Shown here: in pieces, positions 1 to 11,479 of the stretch
Numbering within the stretch: position 1 is the first letter of the stretch
Layout: the number at the start of each line of letters is the position of its first letter
Virus record (IMG/VR): IMGVR_UViG_3300027736_001324
Location: 1-64,000 of that record
DNA length: 64,000 nucleotides
Reading direction: 5' to 3' (one strand)
Notes under the pieces: model-generated
Databases searched by the model: none
Seen by the model: only the letters and a program-made list of their open reading frames with translations
What the model was told of the DNA's origin: nothing
Program-made: the position numbers and the translations under genes

Positions 1-430
1 ATAACCCGTTGCACCAGTTGCTCCATCAAATCCAGTTGCACCTGTACCTCCATCAAATCCAGTTGCACCTGTACCTCCATCATAACCCGTTGCACCAGTT
101 GCTCCATCATAACCCGTTGCACCTGTACCTCCATCAAATCCAGTAGCACCTGTGCCACCATCAAATCCAGTTGCACCTGTACCTCCATCATAACCCGTTG
201 CACCAGTTGCTCCATCAAATCCAGTTGCTCCAGTTGCTCCGTCTAGACCAGTTGCACCAGTGCTGCCATCGAATCCAGTCGCTCCAGTTGCTCCATCAAA
301 TCCAGTTGCTCCAGTTGCTCCGTCTAGACCAGTTGCACCAGTGCTGCCATCAAATCCAGTTGCACCAGTGCTGCCATCAAATCCAGTTGCACCAGTTGCA
401 CCATCAAATCCAGTCGCACCTATTGCGCTC
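1..430 (-). repeat. Collagen-like Gly-X-Y coding repeats (GAT-G[F/Y/L]D-GxT)
   Basis: Recurring ccagttgcacc / ccatcaaatcc units; minus-strand translation has Gly every third residue. Confidence 0.9.
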
Positions 431-3400
431 CCGGCGCTAGCGAATACACCATTGCCATATAATACATTTGCTGCACTACCATCAATGTTGATAGAAGCAA
501 TATTGCCTATACCAACTACATTTGCTAAATCTACTGAGTAGGCAGAATTTGCTATATTAGCAAAACTTGCATAGTTTGCGTTTGATACCTCACCTGATAC
601 ATTTGCACCATCAACACTATACGCCGTGCCTGCAAAGTTTGCGTAATTAGCATTGGCGACATCCCCAATGATATTCCCACTGGCAATATTTGATAGTCCT
701 GCACCGTTTCCAGTAAAGACTCCGGTAGTAATAGTGATGTTGCCGTTAACGGTTAAATTACTAGTAATATCTAAATTACCAACAATATTAGCACCAACTC
801 CAGTAACAACAAATATATTAGCATTACCTGCTACACTAGTTGATACATTGCCATTTGCTTCAACAATTACATTACTATTGCCATTAATAATACTTGATAA
901 GTTAGCAGAAGGGGCAAATACTCCATTACCATACAATACATTGCTACTGTTGCCGTCAAAGTTTGCTAGAGCAACGTTACCTAGTCCAGTAACATTTGCT
1001 GCTACAATAGAGTTAGCAATATCTGCTATCCTAGATGAATCTACTCTTACACCATATGTGTCAATTCCATTCCAACCCATCAATGTTGGATAATTGTTAG
1101 TCCAAACTACAGCAGCATTAGCATCATTTATAGCATTACCAGATGGACTTGTTCCATTTGATGCGTCAAATATTGTATGATTATTGCCGTAGTTTTTCCA
1201 CATCAACTCTCCTGCAACTGAATTATTAGTTACAGTAAAATAATTTGTTCTGTTAGATGCAAATGTATTTGAGAAACTTGCCAAGTTGCTAAAAGCAGAA
1301 TAATTACCATATGTTGCATAGTTAGCATTGGCTACTTCACCTGATACGTTAGCACCATCTACGCTATATGCCACTTCGGCAATGTTTGCATAACCCGCAT
1401 TTGCCGCGATATCTGATGTTCTTGCTGAATCAACACGTACACCATATGTGTCGAATCCATTCCAACCCATTAATGTTGGTGCATTATATGCTATATTAGA
1501 CCATGGGTATGCTGAGTTGGCGTTGTTTATAGCGTTGCCCTCTGGACTTGTGCTGTTAGATGCATCAAATACAGTATGATTATTACCGTAATTTTTCCAC
1601 ATCAATTGTCCGGATACTGCGTCATTAGTTACAGTAAAGTAATTTGTTCTGTTAGATGCAAATGTATTTGAGAAACTTGCTAAATTACTGAACTCTGCAT
1701 AGTTGGCATTAGATATGTTACCAGATATATTACCAATAACGTTAGCACCATTGATATTAGTTAAGCCGGCGCCATTGCCGTATATTGTTCCTGTAATTAA
1801 TGTTAGATTAGCAGCATATATATCTAAATTACCATCTCCCATGGCAACGCCACCGCCTGATGCCATTAATCTAACATCATAATCTGTTCCAGATGTTGAA
1901 CTGTGAAAATCTAAATAAGGAGTTCCTGCAACTGTTCTACTTTGCAATCCAATCTCAATGCCCGGATTAGTATCAGTGTTTAATGATATCTGACTATCGG
2001 TTAAGTATCCAGCATATATTATACTATTGCTAGTAATGTTACCTGTAACATCTAAGTTGGCCAACACGCCAACACTTGTTATATTTGGTTGTGCATTATC
2101 GGTTACTATATTAGCATACGATGATAAATTTGCTGTGTTTGCATAACCAGCATTTGAAGAATAGTTAGCAGTATTTGCTGAATCGGCATACCCAGCATAT
2201 AGTTTAGTCCATACACCCCAAACACCTGCTTCTTTTTGTCTTACTGTTAAATATGGATCCCCGCCAGCAGTAAACCTATTAAGTGCCATCTGTTGAGCAT
2301 AATCGCTATATGGATATTCTGCACCAAGGCCAGATGCTACAGTATAAAATTGTGTTCCACCTGTGTTTGGTCCATTTGTGCTACCAAATATATATTGATA
2401 TCCAAAGTTGTTTGGCGTATCAAAGTTGTTATAGGTAGTAAGACCAAGACCCATGTTATTGAATAGTCCATTACTAGTAATACCATTCAAATAATTTGAG
2501 TTGTTTGCGTTGCCAGATAAATCACCAATGAATACATTAGCACGAACATTGCCGTATGTATTTACCGTTATAACATCAGAACTGTTTGTAACATTACTAC
2601 CCAATATGAATTCACCACCACTGTTATCCCAACCCATAAATGCTTGAATAGGAGTGCCGTTATAATAATATAATAAACTACCTCTATCTTTGCCGTCATC
2701 AGTTGTTAATGGATCTCCGTTTGCGCTGCCGCCCATCTCAATGATAGGGTCAGTAATATATAATTGATCTACATTTACATATGTTATGTTACCACTTACT
2801 GTTAAATTACCCGCAATAAGAGTATTGCCAGTAACATTTAATTCTGTTAAATTACCAAGACTGGTAATGTTTGGTTGTGCGTTATCAGTTATGATATTAG
2901 CAAAACTTGCTAAATTACTGTATACGGCAAAGTTAGCATTAGCAACAGTGTTTGAAACATTGGCTCCGTCTACTGTGAAGGCAGTACCTGCATATGTTGC
3001 ATAGTTAGCGTTGGCTACTTCACCTACTACGTTTGCCCCGTCTACTGAAAATGCAGTGCCGGCATATGTTGCATAGTTAGCATTGGCTACTTCACCTACT
3101 ACATTAGCACCATCTACTGAAAATGCAGTGCCAGCATAGGTTGCATAGTTTGCGTTTGCTACTTCACCTGATACATTAGCGCCATCTACATTGCCTGCAA
3201 AATATGCATAGTTAGCATATGTTGCATAGTTTGCGTTTGCTACTTCACCAACAATATTTGCCCCGGCAATATTTGATATTCCATTACCATCACCACTATA
3301 ATAAGTAGCAACAACTCCGGTGTCAGTTACAGTGAATATATTAGCATTACCTGCAACACTTGTTGTTACATTACCATTGGCTGCTACAGATACATTGCTG

Positions 3401-6054
3401 TTACCATTATAGATACTACTAGGGCTAGAACTGATACCAGTTAATAATGCACCATTACCAATGAAGTAGTTAGCACTAACAACATTCGCGCCAGTAAGAC
3501 TACCACCTGTTCCAGTACCTACATTTAAATTACCAACATTAGCATTACCGGTCGTGTTGAATGTTCCAGAAACATTCATACCAGTGCCTGTTACTACAAC
3601 AATGTTAGCATTACCTGCTACACTAGTTGTTACATTGCTGTTAGCAAATACACGCACATTGCTATTACCACTAGAGATATAAGTTCCGGAAGCTATTGAA
3701 AGATTAGAAAGTAGATAACCATCACCAGAAACATAGTTACCGGCTAACAAGTTAGCATTAACTGTGTTGGCATTAACTATATTACCATCAATATTACCAT
3801 CAACTACTAAGTTTGTTAGATTACCAAGACTTGTGATATTTGGTTGAGCATTGTCAGTTACTATGTTGGCATAGGTTGACAAGTTTGCTAAGTTAGCTAT
3901 TCTTGCTGAATCAACTCTTACACCATATGTGTTTGCTCCATTCCAACCCATTAATGTTGGATATGCATTAGTCCAGGCAATATCAGCGTCAGTTGCGTTG
4001 ACAGAACTGCCTGTTGGGCTTGTGCCATTAGAGCCGTCAAATATAGTATTTCCATTACCATACTTTGCCCACATCAATTGTCCTGCTACAGCATCATTAG
4101 TTACGCCATAGTAAGTTAAATTATTAGAAGCAAAAGTATTAGCATAACTTGCTAAATTACTATATCCAGCATAGTTACCATATGTTGAATAATTAGCATT
4201 GGCTACTTCACCTGATACATTAGCACCATCAACTGAGTATGCAGTACCGGCAAAGTTTGCATAGTTAGCATTACCTATGTTGCTTAATAATCCGCCATCG
4301 CCGCTGAAGTAATTGGCTGCTACTAGATTACCTAAATTAGCATTATAACTAGTTAAGTTTCCAGAAACATTAACTCCATTACCAGTAAAGAAGTTAGCAC
4401 TTATATTACCAGTAGCATCAAATGTGCCTACTACATTAGCGCCAGTACTAGTAACAACTAATACATTAGCATTGCCAGCTACTGATGTGTTTACATTACC
4501 GTTAAGAGTAACAAGCACATTACTTGTTCCGTTTATGATAGAACTGCCGGCAGCAATTGTAAGATTAGAAATTAGATAACCATCACCTTGAAGGTAGTTA
4601 CCATAAACTAGATTAGCAGTAACTGTGTTAGCACTAACTACATTTGCACCAGTAACATTACCACCAACCCCTGCTCCAACTGTAAGACTACCGGATACCT
4701 TTGCCCCAGTTCCACTGACAACAACTATATTAGCATTACCCTCTGAACTGATATTAACATTACCATTAGCGATTGGAATGTTTACATTACTATTACCGTT
4801 GCTGATAGAACTAGTAGAAATACCACTAAAGTTAGCAGTGAACTCAATTTGTTGTGGGTAAGCACTAGCATTAGTAGTGATTATCATGCCGTTGCCGGCT
4901 ACAAATTCTACTACATCTTCACCAACGGCGACTAGATTAGCCTGTCCAGCTACTTCCCAAGTTTTGAATGAACTACCCAATTGAATTAAAGCATTGCCTC
5001 CGCCCATGTCAGTGACGCTAAAACCAGTAGTAGTATCAAAATTCAATCCATGTACGTTATCAATAATATTTGAAAAATTTCCAGTCGTATATTGACTTAC
5101 TGTTAGTACATTAGATAGTAGATTACCTCCGCCAATGAATTGAGTAGCAGATACATTGCCAGTAACATTGATGGGTGATGCTTGCCATATATTACCATCA
5201 TATATTAAAGTACCCTGTGGTTGACCAAATGGTACGTCTTGATATACCATATTAATACTAGCATTAGTAATACTAGCACCATATGATGAAATATCTATAA
5301 CACTTGAACTTTCAAATGTTAATAATTTTGTTTGTGTTCCGGTAATAGCACTACTTGGATTACCGTTCGTATTTGCTGTTTGTGTGCTAGTAAGAGGACT
5401 ATTGGGTGGGGTAAAAGTAGTTGTATAGACTGCTGTACCTATGACTATACGATAATTAGAAAGACGACCATCAACACCATCAACAAGAGTAATAGTTGAT
5501 GCTGGGTTATATATCCCCAATGCACTTGTCACAGTGCTAGTAACTACACCATCTTTATATAATTTAAAATTTGAACCTTGTCGAACTAAGGCAATGTGAC
5601 TCCAGACACCAATTGTGGTTGTACAAGTTAATGCTTCCAGTGATATATTCCAGGAACTACCGTTGCTACTTATATCTAACGCAATAGTACCATCAGATTG
5701 GTATATAAAGTCTATAGCAGGACCGGTGGTAAGGAAATGACCCGGGGTGAATGTTGTTGGGTTAAACCAAAACTCTATTGTAAAGTCGCTAGTTCCAAAT
5801 ATATATTGTGATGCGTATGCAACTGTTGCAGAATGAGTACCTACGCTGGCCACATAACCCGCGCCCAATGCACCGGAAACTAATCCGGTACCTGCTTGTG
5901 AAGTGTTTACATTTCCTGCGAAAGTTGCGCCGTTTCCGGTATAATAATTGCCACTAACGTTCGCAAGTGTTGCGTTGCTGTTAGCGTCAATTACCAGATT
6001 GGCGTTGCTTCCAACACTAACTCCAGTCAATGCATTGAATGCTTGAGTTGCCAT
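1..6054 (-). CDS. Long tail fibre / adhesin-like protein, 3'-truncated by the window edge (>=2018 codons): LamG-like domain near N-terminus, Asn-rich repeats, collagen-like tract
   Basis: ATG at 6054 reads [15 protein letters not shown]; the same frame reads ...ATGATGY at position 1. It is absent from the ORF track, consistent with no stop in the window. LamG-like FTIEFWF...WSHIALVR near 5600-5790. Confidence 0.8.
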   Translation of the reverse strand, partial: MATQAFNALTGVSVGSNANLVIDANSNATLANVSGNYYTGNGATFAGNVNTSQAGTGLVSGALGAGYVASVGTHSATVAYASQYIFGTSDFTIEFWFNPTTFTPGHFLTTGPAIDFIYQSDGTIALDISSNGSSWNISLEALTCTTTIGVWSHIALVRQGSNFKLYKDGVVTSTVTSALGIYNPASTITLVDGVDGRLSNYRIVIGTAVYTTTFTPPNSPLTSTQTANTNGNPSSAITGTQTKLLTFESSSVIDISSYGASITNASINMVYQDVPFGQPQGTLIYDGNIWQASPINVTGNVSATQFIGGGNLLSNVLTVSQYTTGNFSNIIDNVHGLNFDTTTGFSVTDMGGGNALIQLGSSFKTWEVAGQANLVAVGEDVVEFVAGNGMIITTNASAYPQQIEFTANFSGISTSSISNGNSNVNIPIANGNVNISSEGNANIVVVSGTGAKVSGSLTVGAGVGGNVTGANVVSANTVTANLVYGNYLQGDGYLISNLTIAAGSSIINGTSNVLVTLNGNVNTSVAGNANVLVVTSTGANVVGTFDATGNISANFFTGNGVNVSGNLTSYNANLGNLVAANYFSGDGGLLSNIGNANYANFAGTAYSVDGANVSGEVANANYSTYGNYAGYSNLASYANTFASNNLTYYGVTNDAVAGQLMWAKYGNGNTIFDGSNGTSPTGSSVNATDADIAWTNAYPTLMGWNGANTYGVRVDSARIANLANLSTYANIVTDNAQPNITSLGNLTNLVVDGNIDGNIVNANTVNANLLAGNYVSGDGYLLSNLSIASGTYISSGNSNVRVFANSNVTTSVAGNANIVVVTGTGMNVSGTFNTTGNANVGNLNVGTGTGGSLTGANVVSANYFIGNGALLTGISSSPSSIYNGNSNVSVAANGNVTTSVAGNANIFTVTDTGVVATYYSGDGNGISNIAGANIVGEVANANYATYANYAYFAGNVDGANVSGEVANANYATYAGTAFSVDGANVVGEVANANYATYAGTAFSVDGANVVGEVANANYATYAGTAFTVDGANVSNTVANANFAVYSNLASFANIITDNAQPNITSLGNLTELNVTGNTLIAGNLTVSGNITYVNVDQLYITDPIIEMGGSANGDPLTTDDGKDRGSLLYYYNGTPIQAFMGWDNSGGEFILGSNVTNSSDVITVNTYGNVRANVFIGDLSGNANNSNYLNGITSNGLFNNMGLGLTTYNNFDTPNNFGYQYIFGSTNGPNTGGTQFYTVASGLGAEYPYSDYAQQMALNRFTAGGDPYLTVRQKEAGVWGVWTKLYAGYADSANTANYSSNAGYANTANLSSYANIVTDNAQPNITSVGVLANLDVTGNITSNSIIYAGYLTDSQISLNTDTNPGIEIGLQSRTVAGTPYLDFHSSTSGTDYDVRLMASGGGVAMGDGNLDIYAANLTLITGTIYGNGAGLTNINGANVIGNISGNISNANYAEFSNLASFSNTFASNRTNYFTVTNDAVSGQLMWKNYGNNHTVFDASNSTSPEGNAINNANSAYPWSNIAYNAPTLMGWNGFDTYGVRVDSARTSDIAANAGYANIAEVAYSVDGANVSGEVANANYATYGNYSAFSNLASFSNTFASNRTNYFTVTNNSVAGELMWKNYGNNHTIFDASNGTSPSGNAINDANAAVVWTNNYPTLMGWNGIDTYGVRVDSSRIADIANSIVAANVTGLGNVALANFDGNSSNVLYGNGVFAPSANLSSIINGNSNVIVEANGNVSTSVAGNANIFVVTGVGANIVGNLDITSNLTVNGNITITTGVFTGNGAGLSNIASGNIIGDVANANYANFAGTAYSVDGANVSGEVSNANYASFANIANSAYSVDLANVVGIGNIASINIDGSAANVLYGNGVFASAGSAIGATGFDGATGATGFDGSTGATGFDGSTGATGLDGATGATGFDGATGATGFDGSTGATGLDGATGATGFDGATGATGYDGGTGATGFDGGTGATGFDGGTGATGYDGATGATGYDGGTGATGFDGGTGATGFDGATGATGY
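2920..3265 (-). repeat. 72-bp (24-aa) tandem coding repeat, about 4 copies
   Basis: Equivalent positions at 2991, 3063 and 3135; unit approximately [24 protein letters not shown]. Confidence 0.85.
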
Positions 6055-6062
6055 TTATTTTG

Positions 6063-6096
6063 TAGTCCTTATTAATATATTTATCAATAAGGACTA
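6063..6096 (-). promoter_or_regulatory. 11-bp hairpin sequestering the SD, with a TAAATA late promoter in its loop
   Basis: Minus strand TAGTCCTTATT-gataaatatatt-AATAAGGACTA upstream of ATG 6054. Confidence 0.7.
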
Positions 6097-6111
6097 TCTG
6101 GAATAATGTTT

Positions 6112-9100
6112 TTAAACTAGCCTATATTGGGTAGTCCAAACAGTACTATTACCAGTAGATGGTGTAGCCGTTAAGTCAATACTAGTAGTTGGTCCAACTG
6201 ATCCGCCGATATCAACAGATAGTGCGCCTGTTGTAGTACCTAAACGAACTGTAGCAAATGTTACATAATCTACATTAACTCCATTTGTAACAGCCTGTAC
6301 TGTTGCCATACTATATTTACCAGATGAGTCATAACTCTTTACAATGTATTCAACACCGTAAACATCAGTTCCCGCAATCAAGAAACTACAGATTGTAGCA
6401 GGGCTTGTGCTGGTTGTTGTTATTGTATTAGAATAGATGTATGAATTACCAAGTTTTATATTAGTAGCAGAAACTCTATTATTTGAAGTAATATTATTAG
6501 CAGTAATGTTACCAGTTAAACTTACATTAGCAAGATTAGAAGTTCCACTAACATTCAAGTCATTTGCTACGTTTACGTAATTAGCAGTTGCTAAGTTACC
6601 TAAATTAGCATTTAATGATGTTAAGTTACCACTGAAATTAGCGATATTACCATTTAATGTAGTAGCAATATTAGCATTACCTGCTATTAATAATCCAGTG
6701 CCAATATTAGCATTAGAAGCAATTAAGTTACCACTGAAGTTTGCTGTATTACCTTGTAAGTTTAATGTTACATTTGCATTACCTGCTGTGATATTATTTG
6801 TTACAGAGATATTGTTTGCATTAGCAATATTACCAGTTACGCTTAAGTCTTGATTAACGAATACATAGTTACCAGTGATGTTACCGGTAGTAGCATTAAT
6901 ATCACCAAGTGTATTGATAGAAACATTAGCATTAACATAGTTAGCAGTTAATGAAGTTGCTAGAGAAACGCTTGTACCAGTTGCTGCACCAATATTTGGT
7001 GTAGTCAACCATGCGCTAGCTGGAATGTAAATATTACCCTGTGCGTCAAACGCAGTTGTTGGGTGAGCATTACCATCGACCTTAGCACTGAATACTGTAC
7101 CGTTTAATACTAAACCAGCACTAGTATTTGCAGTATATTGACCAGCACCAGAGAACTGTGTCCAAACTACAGGAGTTGTACCAACTGTAACGACTTCGCT
7201 TGTTTGTACCCAACCTGTATCTGCATTTTGAGTACCAACAGAAACGAAAGTGAATGCCCCATCAAATTCTGCTGCTACATTCATATCTAATGAACGAGTC
7301 AATACAAAATAATCAGCAACGCCGCCGGCTGTTGTTAATGTGTATATACCGTTATAAGGTGCATTACCAGCAGTTTCGTTCTTAACTAAGACACGAGTGC
7401 CTACTGTTGAAATTGTTTGACCATCAACAACTAGTGCACCAAATGCATTAGCAGTAATAGTTGCGCCAACACCAGCTGTGCCGTTGTTATAAGTATACGA
7501 TGGAAGTGCAGCATATGTAGCAACATAAACTGATGCCTTAATATTCAACCCTTGTGCTACGCTATCAACATATGCTTTAGTAGCAGCATCAGTGTCAGCA
7601 GTTGGAGTAGCAAGATTTATAATTTTCTTGCCAGAAACTGCAACTGCACCATTACCAGATGGAACAAGATCAACGTTAAGACTTATATTAGCAGGATCTG
7701 GATTTGTTCCAGCTGAAAGTGTTACACCAGTATTCGCATACGCAGTAAACGTATTAGCAATAATTGAACCATTAGATTGAATATTACCAGTTGCAGTAAT
7801 TGCAGCAGCAGTTTCTAATATAGTATCACTAAAGACATAAGCATTGCCGCCTAGTGCGCCTGGATTAATTGTAACGTTACCGTTTAATGCAATTTCTACA
7901 TTACTTGTACCATTAGCAAGAGTACCAATGAAGTTAGCAGCAGTTACGTTGCCTGTAAAGTTAGCATTAGCACCATTAAGTTGAAGTGATATATTAGCAG
8001 TATTAGCAAATAATACATTAGCACCATTGATGTTGCCACCAGACAGTGTGATGTTGCCACCAGCGCCTGAAGTAGTAATGTTTCCGCCAACTGTTAAGTT
8101 ATTTGTAACATTAGCATTAGAATTTAAGAATACATTACCGCTGAAGTTAGCAGTATTACCGGCTAGTTCTAAGTTAACTGTTAAGTTGTTAACTGTTAAG
8201 TTGCTGCTAATATTTGCATTGCCAGTATTAAGTGTTGTAATATTAGCAATATTAGCAAATAGTGTGTTACCAATATTAGCATTATTATTTACTTGCAAAT
8301 CGTTACTTACGTTTGCATAGTTAGCATATACATATCCGCTATTAGCATATATGTTACCGCTTGAAGTGATACTTGTAGATGCTGTGATATATTGAGCATT
8401 AACTGTACCATTGGCTTGTATATCACCTGCTGTGCTAAACTTGCCGTCTGTACCAAATGTCCAAGTGTTGGTTCCACCAACAGTAATTGTTACATTACCA
8501 TTAGCAACCGGAATGAATACATTACTATTACCATTCATTATTTCGTTAATGTTGGCAGTTGAAGACCATGATAGGTTACCGGTGCCGTCTGTTTGTAGAA
8601 CTTGACCGTTACTGCCGCCAGTGATGTGTAAGTTACCTACTGCGCCTAGTGATACATTTGCTGCACCAGTAAAGTTAGCATTACCTGATACTACCAAATT
8701 AGCTGCTACATTTATGTAGTTAGCAGTTGCCAAATTACCTAAACTAGCATTTAATGATGTTAGGTTACCAGTGAAGTTAGCAACATTACCATTTAATGTG
8801 CCTATTAGATTTGCATTATCAACAGACAATGTTTTTGCAGTAGCATCAAATACAAAGTTTGCGCTACCACTTAATGTGTTAGCAGCATTAGCAAAAACAA
8901 TTTGTGTGTTTGATAAGTTTGTATCAACAATGTTAGCAGCAGTTAATGTGTTAGCAACAACAACGTTGTTACTTAAGTTAACACCGGCAGCGTTTGAAGT
9001 AATTTGTTGAGCACCAAGATAGATACTTGTACCAGACAAGTACAAATCTTTCCATGAACTTGTTGAATTACCTAATGTATATGTGTTAGATGCGCTAGGG

Positions 9101-9795
9101 ATGAAATTACCAGTTACAACACCAGTGATTCCCAAATTAGCAGTTTGAATATTAGATGCTACATTTACAAAATTAGCAATTGCTAAGTTACCTAAGTTAG
9201 CATTAAGAGAATTAATATTACCAGAGAAGTTACCAACATTACCATTCAAGTCAAATGCGATATTAGCATTACCTGCTATTAGTAAACCAGTACCTAAATT
9301 AGCATTAGCAGCAGTTAAATTGCCACTGAAGTTACCAACATTACCATTCAATACTAAAGTAACATTAGCAGTATTAGAAGTAATTGTGTTAGTAGCAGCA
9401 ATATTACCAGTGATATTTGCTAAGCCTACAACATCAAGTACATTAGTACTAGGATTGAATTGGAAATTAGCACTAGCACCAAAACTACCATCATTGTTAT
9501 ATTGGATGTAGTTGTTTGAACCTGCAGGATTTGACAAGTCCCAAGGTTGACCATTACTATAATATAGATTATCTGTTAAAACACCCCAATTTGCATTTGC
9601 ATTTGATATGTTTAAATTGCCGCTAAAGTTAGCAAAATTAGCGGTTAAATTACCGTTAATGTTAGCATAACCATTTGCACTAATATTGTGCGCGGTTATA
9701 TCACCGTTCCCTAATATGACTGTATCTTGTGGGTTATCCCCTACTGAAAAGCCGCCTAGCGAGTTGAGTGGACGTAGTGTACCTGATGTTGCCAT
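6112..9795 (-). CDS. Asn-rich virion fibre/structural protein (1227 aa)
   Basis: ANxxGN repeats; fibre-type motifs INLATPTADTDAATKAYVD and RVLVKNET...NGIY. Confidence 0.75.
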   Translation of the reverse strand: MATSGTLRPLNSLGGFSVGDNPQDTVILGNGDITAHNISANGYANINGNLTANFANFSGNLNISNANANWGVLTDNLYYSNGQPWDLSNPAGSNNYIQYNNDGSFGASANFQFNPSTNVLDVVGLANITGNIAATNTITSNTANVTLVLNGNVGNFSGNLTAANANLGTGLLIAGNANIAFDLNGNVGNFSGNINSLNANLGNLAIANFVNVASNIQTANLGITGVVTGNFIPSASNTYTLGNSTSSWKDLYLSGTSIYLGAQQITSNAAGVNLSNNVVVANTLTAANIVDTNLSNTQIVFANAANTLSGSANFVFDATAKTLSVDNANLIGTLNGNVANFTGNLTSLNASLGNLATANYINVAANLVVSGNANFTGAANVSLGAVGNLHITGGSNGQVLQTDGTGNLSWSSTANINEIMNGNSNVFIPVANGNVTITVGGTNTWTFGTDGKFSTAGDIQANGTVNAQYITASTSITSSGNIYANSGYVYANYANVSNDLQVNNNANIGNTLFANIANITTLNTGNANISSNLTVNNLTVNLELAGNTANFSGNVFLNSNANVTNNLTVGGNITTSGAGGNITLSGGNINGANVLFANTANISLQLNGANANFTGNVTAANFIGTLANGTSNVEIALNGNVTINPGALGGNAYVFSDTILETAAAITATGNIQSNGSIIANTFTAYANTGVTLSAGTNPDPANISLNVDLVPSGNGAVAVSGKKIINLATPTADTDAATKAYVDSVAQGLNIKASVYVATYAALPSYTYNNGTAGVGATITANAFGALVVDGQTISTVGTRVLVKNETAGNAPYNGIYTLTTAGGVADYFVLTRSLDMNVAAEFDGAFTFVSVGTQNADTGWVQTSEVVTVGTTPVVWTQFSGAGQYTANTSAGLVLNGTVFSAKVDGNAHPTTAFDAQGNIYIPASAWLTTPNIGAATGTSVSLATSLTANYVNANVSINTLGDINATTGNITGNYVFVNQDLSVTGNIANANNISVTNNITAGNANVTLNLQGNTANFSGNLIASNANIGTGLLIAGNANIATTLNGNIANFSGNLTSLNANLGNLATANYVNVANDLNVSGTSNLANVSLTGNITANNITSNNRVSATNIKLGNSYIYSNTITTTSTSPATICSFLIAGTDVYGVEYIVKSYDSSGKYSMATVQAVTNGVNVDYVTFATVRLGTTTGALSVDIGGSVGPTTSIDLTATPSTGNSTVWTTQYRLV

Positions 9796-9827
9796 TATAA
9801 AATCCCCTTATATACTTTATTTATCAT

Positions 9828-11417
9828 TTATGTAAATAATTCGTTGTATTGAGTTATCATCATGCTATAATAGCATGTATTTGCTGACCTAGGACTTACC
9901 CTAAGCACTAAACTCGGGGGCAATAACACATTCCCCGAGTCATAATCGACGGTAAAAGTACCGATACCTCCGTTAATTTCTAACGCTGCGTATTTGTTGT
10001 AATCTATTGTCCCGTTTAGGATAGTAGATGAAATCTTAAGTGTTGATCGTGTATTCCCTACAACATCTGTAGAGATAATCATAAAGTCTACCGCAGAAAC
10101 TTCTGATGCCGGTACTGCCCAAATTTGTTGATTTGCTGTAGTGTTTGATGTTTGTGCGCTGAAAACAAAACTCTTACTAAAGCTAAATGCACCTGCACCT
10201 AACTGCACACTATTTGCTGCCAACGGTCCGTTAATTGTTACTGAATGATTAGAATTATTATATGTAAAGAATGCGCTACCGCCAAATATTCCACCGTTAT
10301 TATATTGAATACTTGTGTTTCCACCCGCTGGAGTTCCACCTCCGCCTCCACCTCCGCCGTTAATCCAAGACAGATTGCCTTGACCATCGGTTCCAAGCAC
10401 TTGCCCATTAAATCCACCTAATATATGAAGATAACCAGCATCACCAAAATTTACATTTGAACTGTTAAATGTTATTACATTTGCGTTTGCTACAAATGAG
10501 TTAGCAGACGCAAAAGAAATATTTCCACCTACACTAACATTACCAGTAATGAATAAATTACCACCACTTATTCTATTACTTGAATTTAAATTACCTGCTG
10601 TGGCTGTTGCTACAACTTCTAATGCAAGCAGATTACCTACACTTGTTATATTTGGTTGAGCATTTGCGCTAACATTTATGGATAGTGGGACGCTTCCAAC
10701 TAGATTTGCAGCCGGAATATTTGAAAGATTTCCTGCGTCTCCTGCAAACTTGCCTGCTGTAACAGCACCAGTTACATCTAAATTTACTAGAGTGCCAACC
10801 GCAATAATATTAGATTGTGTGCCTTGAGTTACTGTTCCCGCTGTTGTTGCATTAGAAGCAGTACCAGTTAAGTTACCTACAAAGTTAGCGTTAACCTGTT
10901 GAACATTTAATATGTTTGTAGTTTGATCATATATAAAACCTGGATCTCCCCCAAACTCACCTGCATTGTTGTATTGAACTTGTGTGTTGGAACCGCCCGG
11001 GGTTCCGTTTCCGCTGCCACCGTTACCACCTGCTGCCCAAGTTAATTGACCTAGACCGTCTGTTTGTAAAAAGTATCCGTTCAATCCACCCAAGATAGAG
11101 ACATTTGCTACATCCCCAAGTGACGTTCCCCCGGATACATTTAAATTTTGTGTTGATAGAAAGTTTGTTGTAGTGTTAAATGTCAAATTGCTGCTAGAGC
11201 CAAATGCACCATTGCTATTAAAAATTACTTGGGTATTAGACCCAATTGGAACATATGATTGCCCATTAGCATAACGTAGATTATCTGTAAGAACTGTATT
11301 TGCTAATACATAATCATTATTAACATTTGCTACAACAGTTCCTGCTGAAGAAACAACCGGTATAGGTGGTATACCGACGGTTATTCCGCCCAAACTGTTA
11401 AATGATTCTGCTGCCAT
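9828..11417 (-). CDS. Virion fibre/structural protein (529 aa)
   Basis: Repeated GSNTQVQYNNxGxFGG and GxxLxTDGxGxLxW fibre motifs; QPNITSVG motif. Confidence 0.75.
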   Translation of the reverse strand: MAAESFNSLGGITVGIPPIPVVSSAGTVVANVNNDYVLANTVLTDNLRYANGQSYVPIGSNTQVIFNSNGAFGSSSNLTFNTTTNFLSTQNLNVSGGTSLGDVANVSILGGLNGYFLQTDGLGQLTWAAGGNGGSGNGTPGGSNTQVQYNNAGEFGGDPGFIYDQTTNILNVQQVNANFVGNLTGTASNATTAGTVTQGTQSNIIAVGTLVNLDVTGAVTAGKFAGDAGNLSNIPAANLVGSVPLSINVSANAQPNITSVGNLLALEVVATATAGNLNSSNRISGGNLFITGNVSVGGNISFASANSFVANANVITFNSSNVNFGDAGYLHILGGFNGQVLGTDGQGNLSWINGGGGGGGGTPAGGNTSIQYNNGGIFGGSAFFTYNNSNHSVTINGPLAANSVQLGAGAFSFSKSFVFSAQTSNTTANQQIWAVPASEVSAVDFMIISTDVVGNTRSTLKISSTILNGTIDYNKYAALEINGGIGTFTVDYDSGNVLLPPSLVLRVSPRSANTCYYSMMITQYNELFT

Positions 11418-11479
11418 ACATTATTCCATTATCTAATAATGTATTTATGCTTGGGCAGAATTTAGTTAGAATGGGCTAA

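Noticed and set aside
1-430. Short regular repeats resembling an array (also 40946-41132)
   Set aside because: In-frame coding repeats without unique spacers; no cas genes, so not CRISPR.
1030-1710. Near-duplicate segments as a possible DGR template/variable pair
   Set aside because: Both copies are in the same reading frame, differences are not confined to adenines, and no reverse transcriptase is in the window.
171-9511. Many short plus-strand ORFs (for example 260-541, 653-1093, 8027-8320)
   Set aside because: Antisense shadows of repetitive minus-strand fibre genes.
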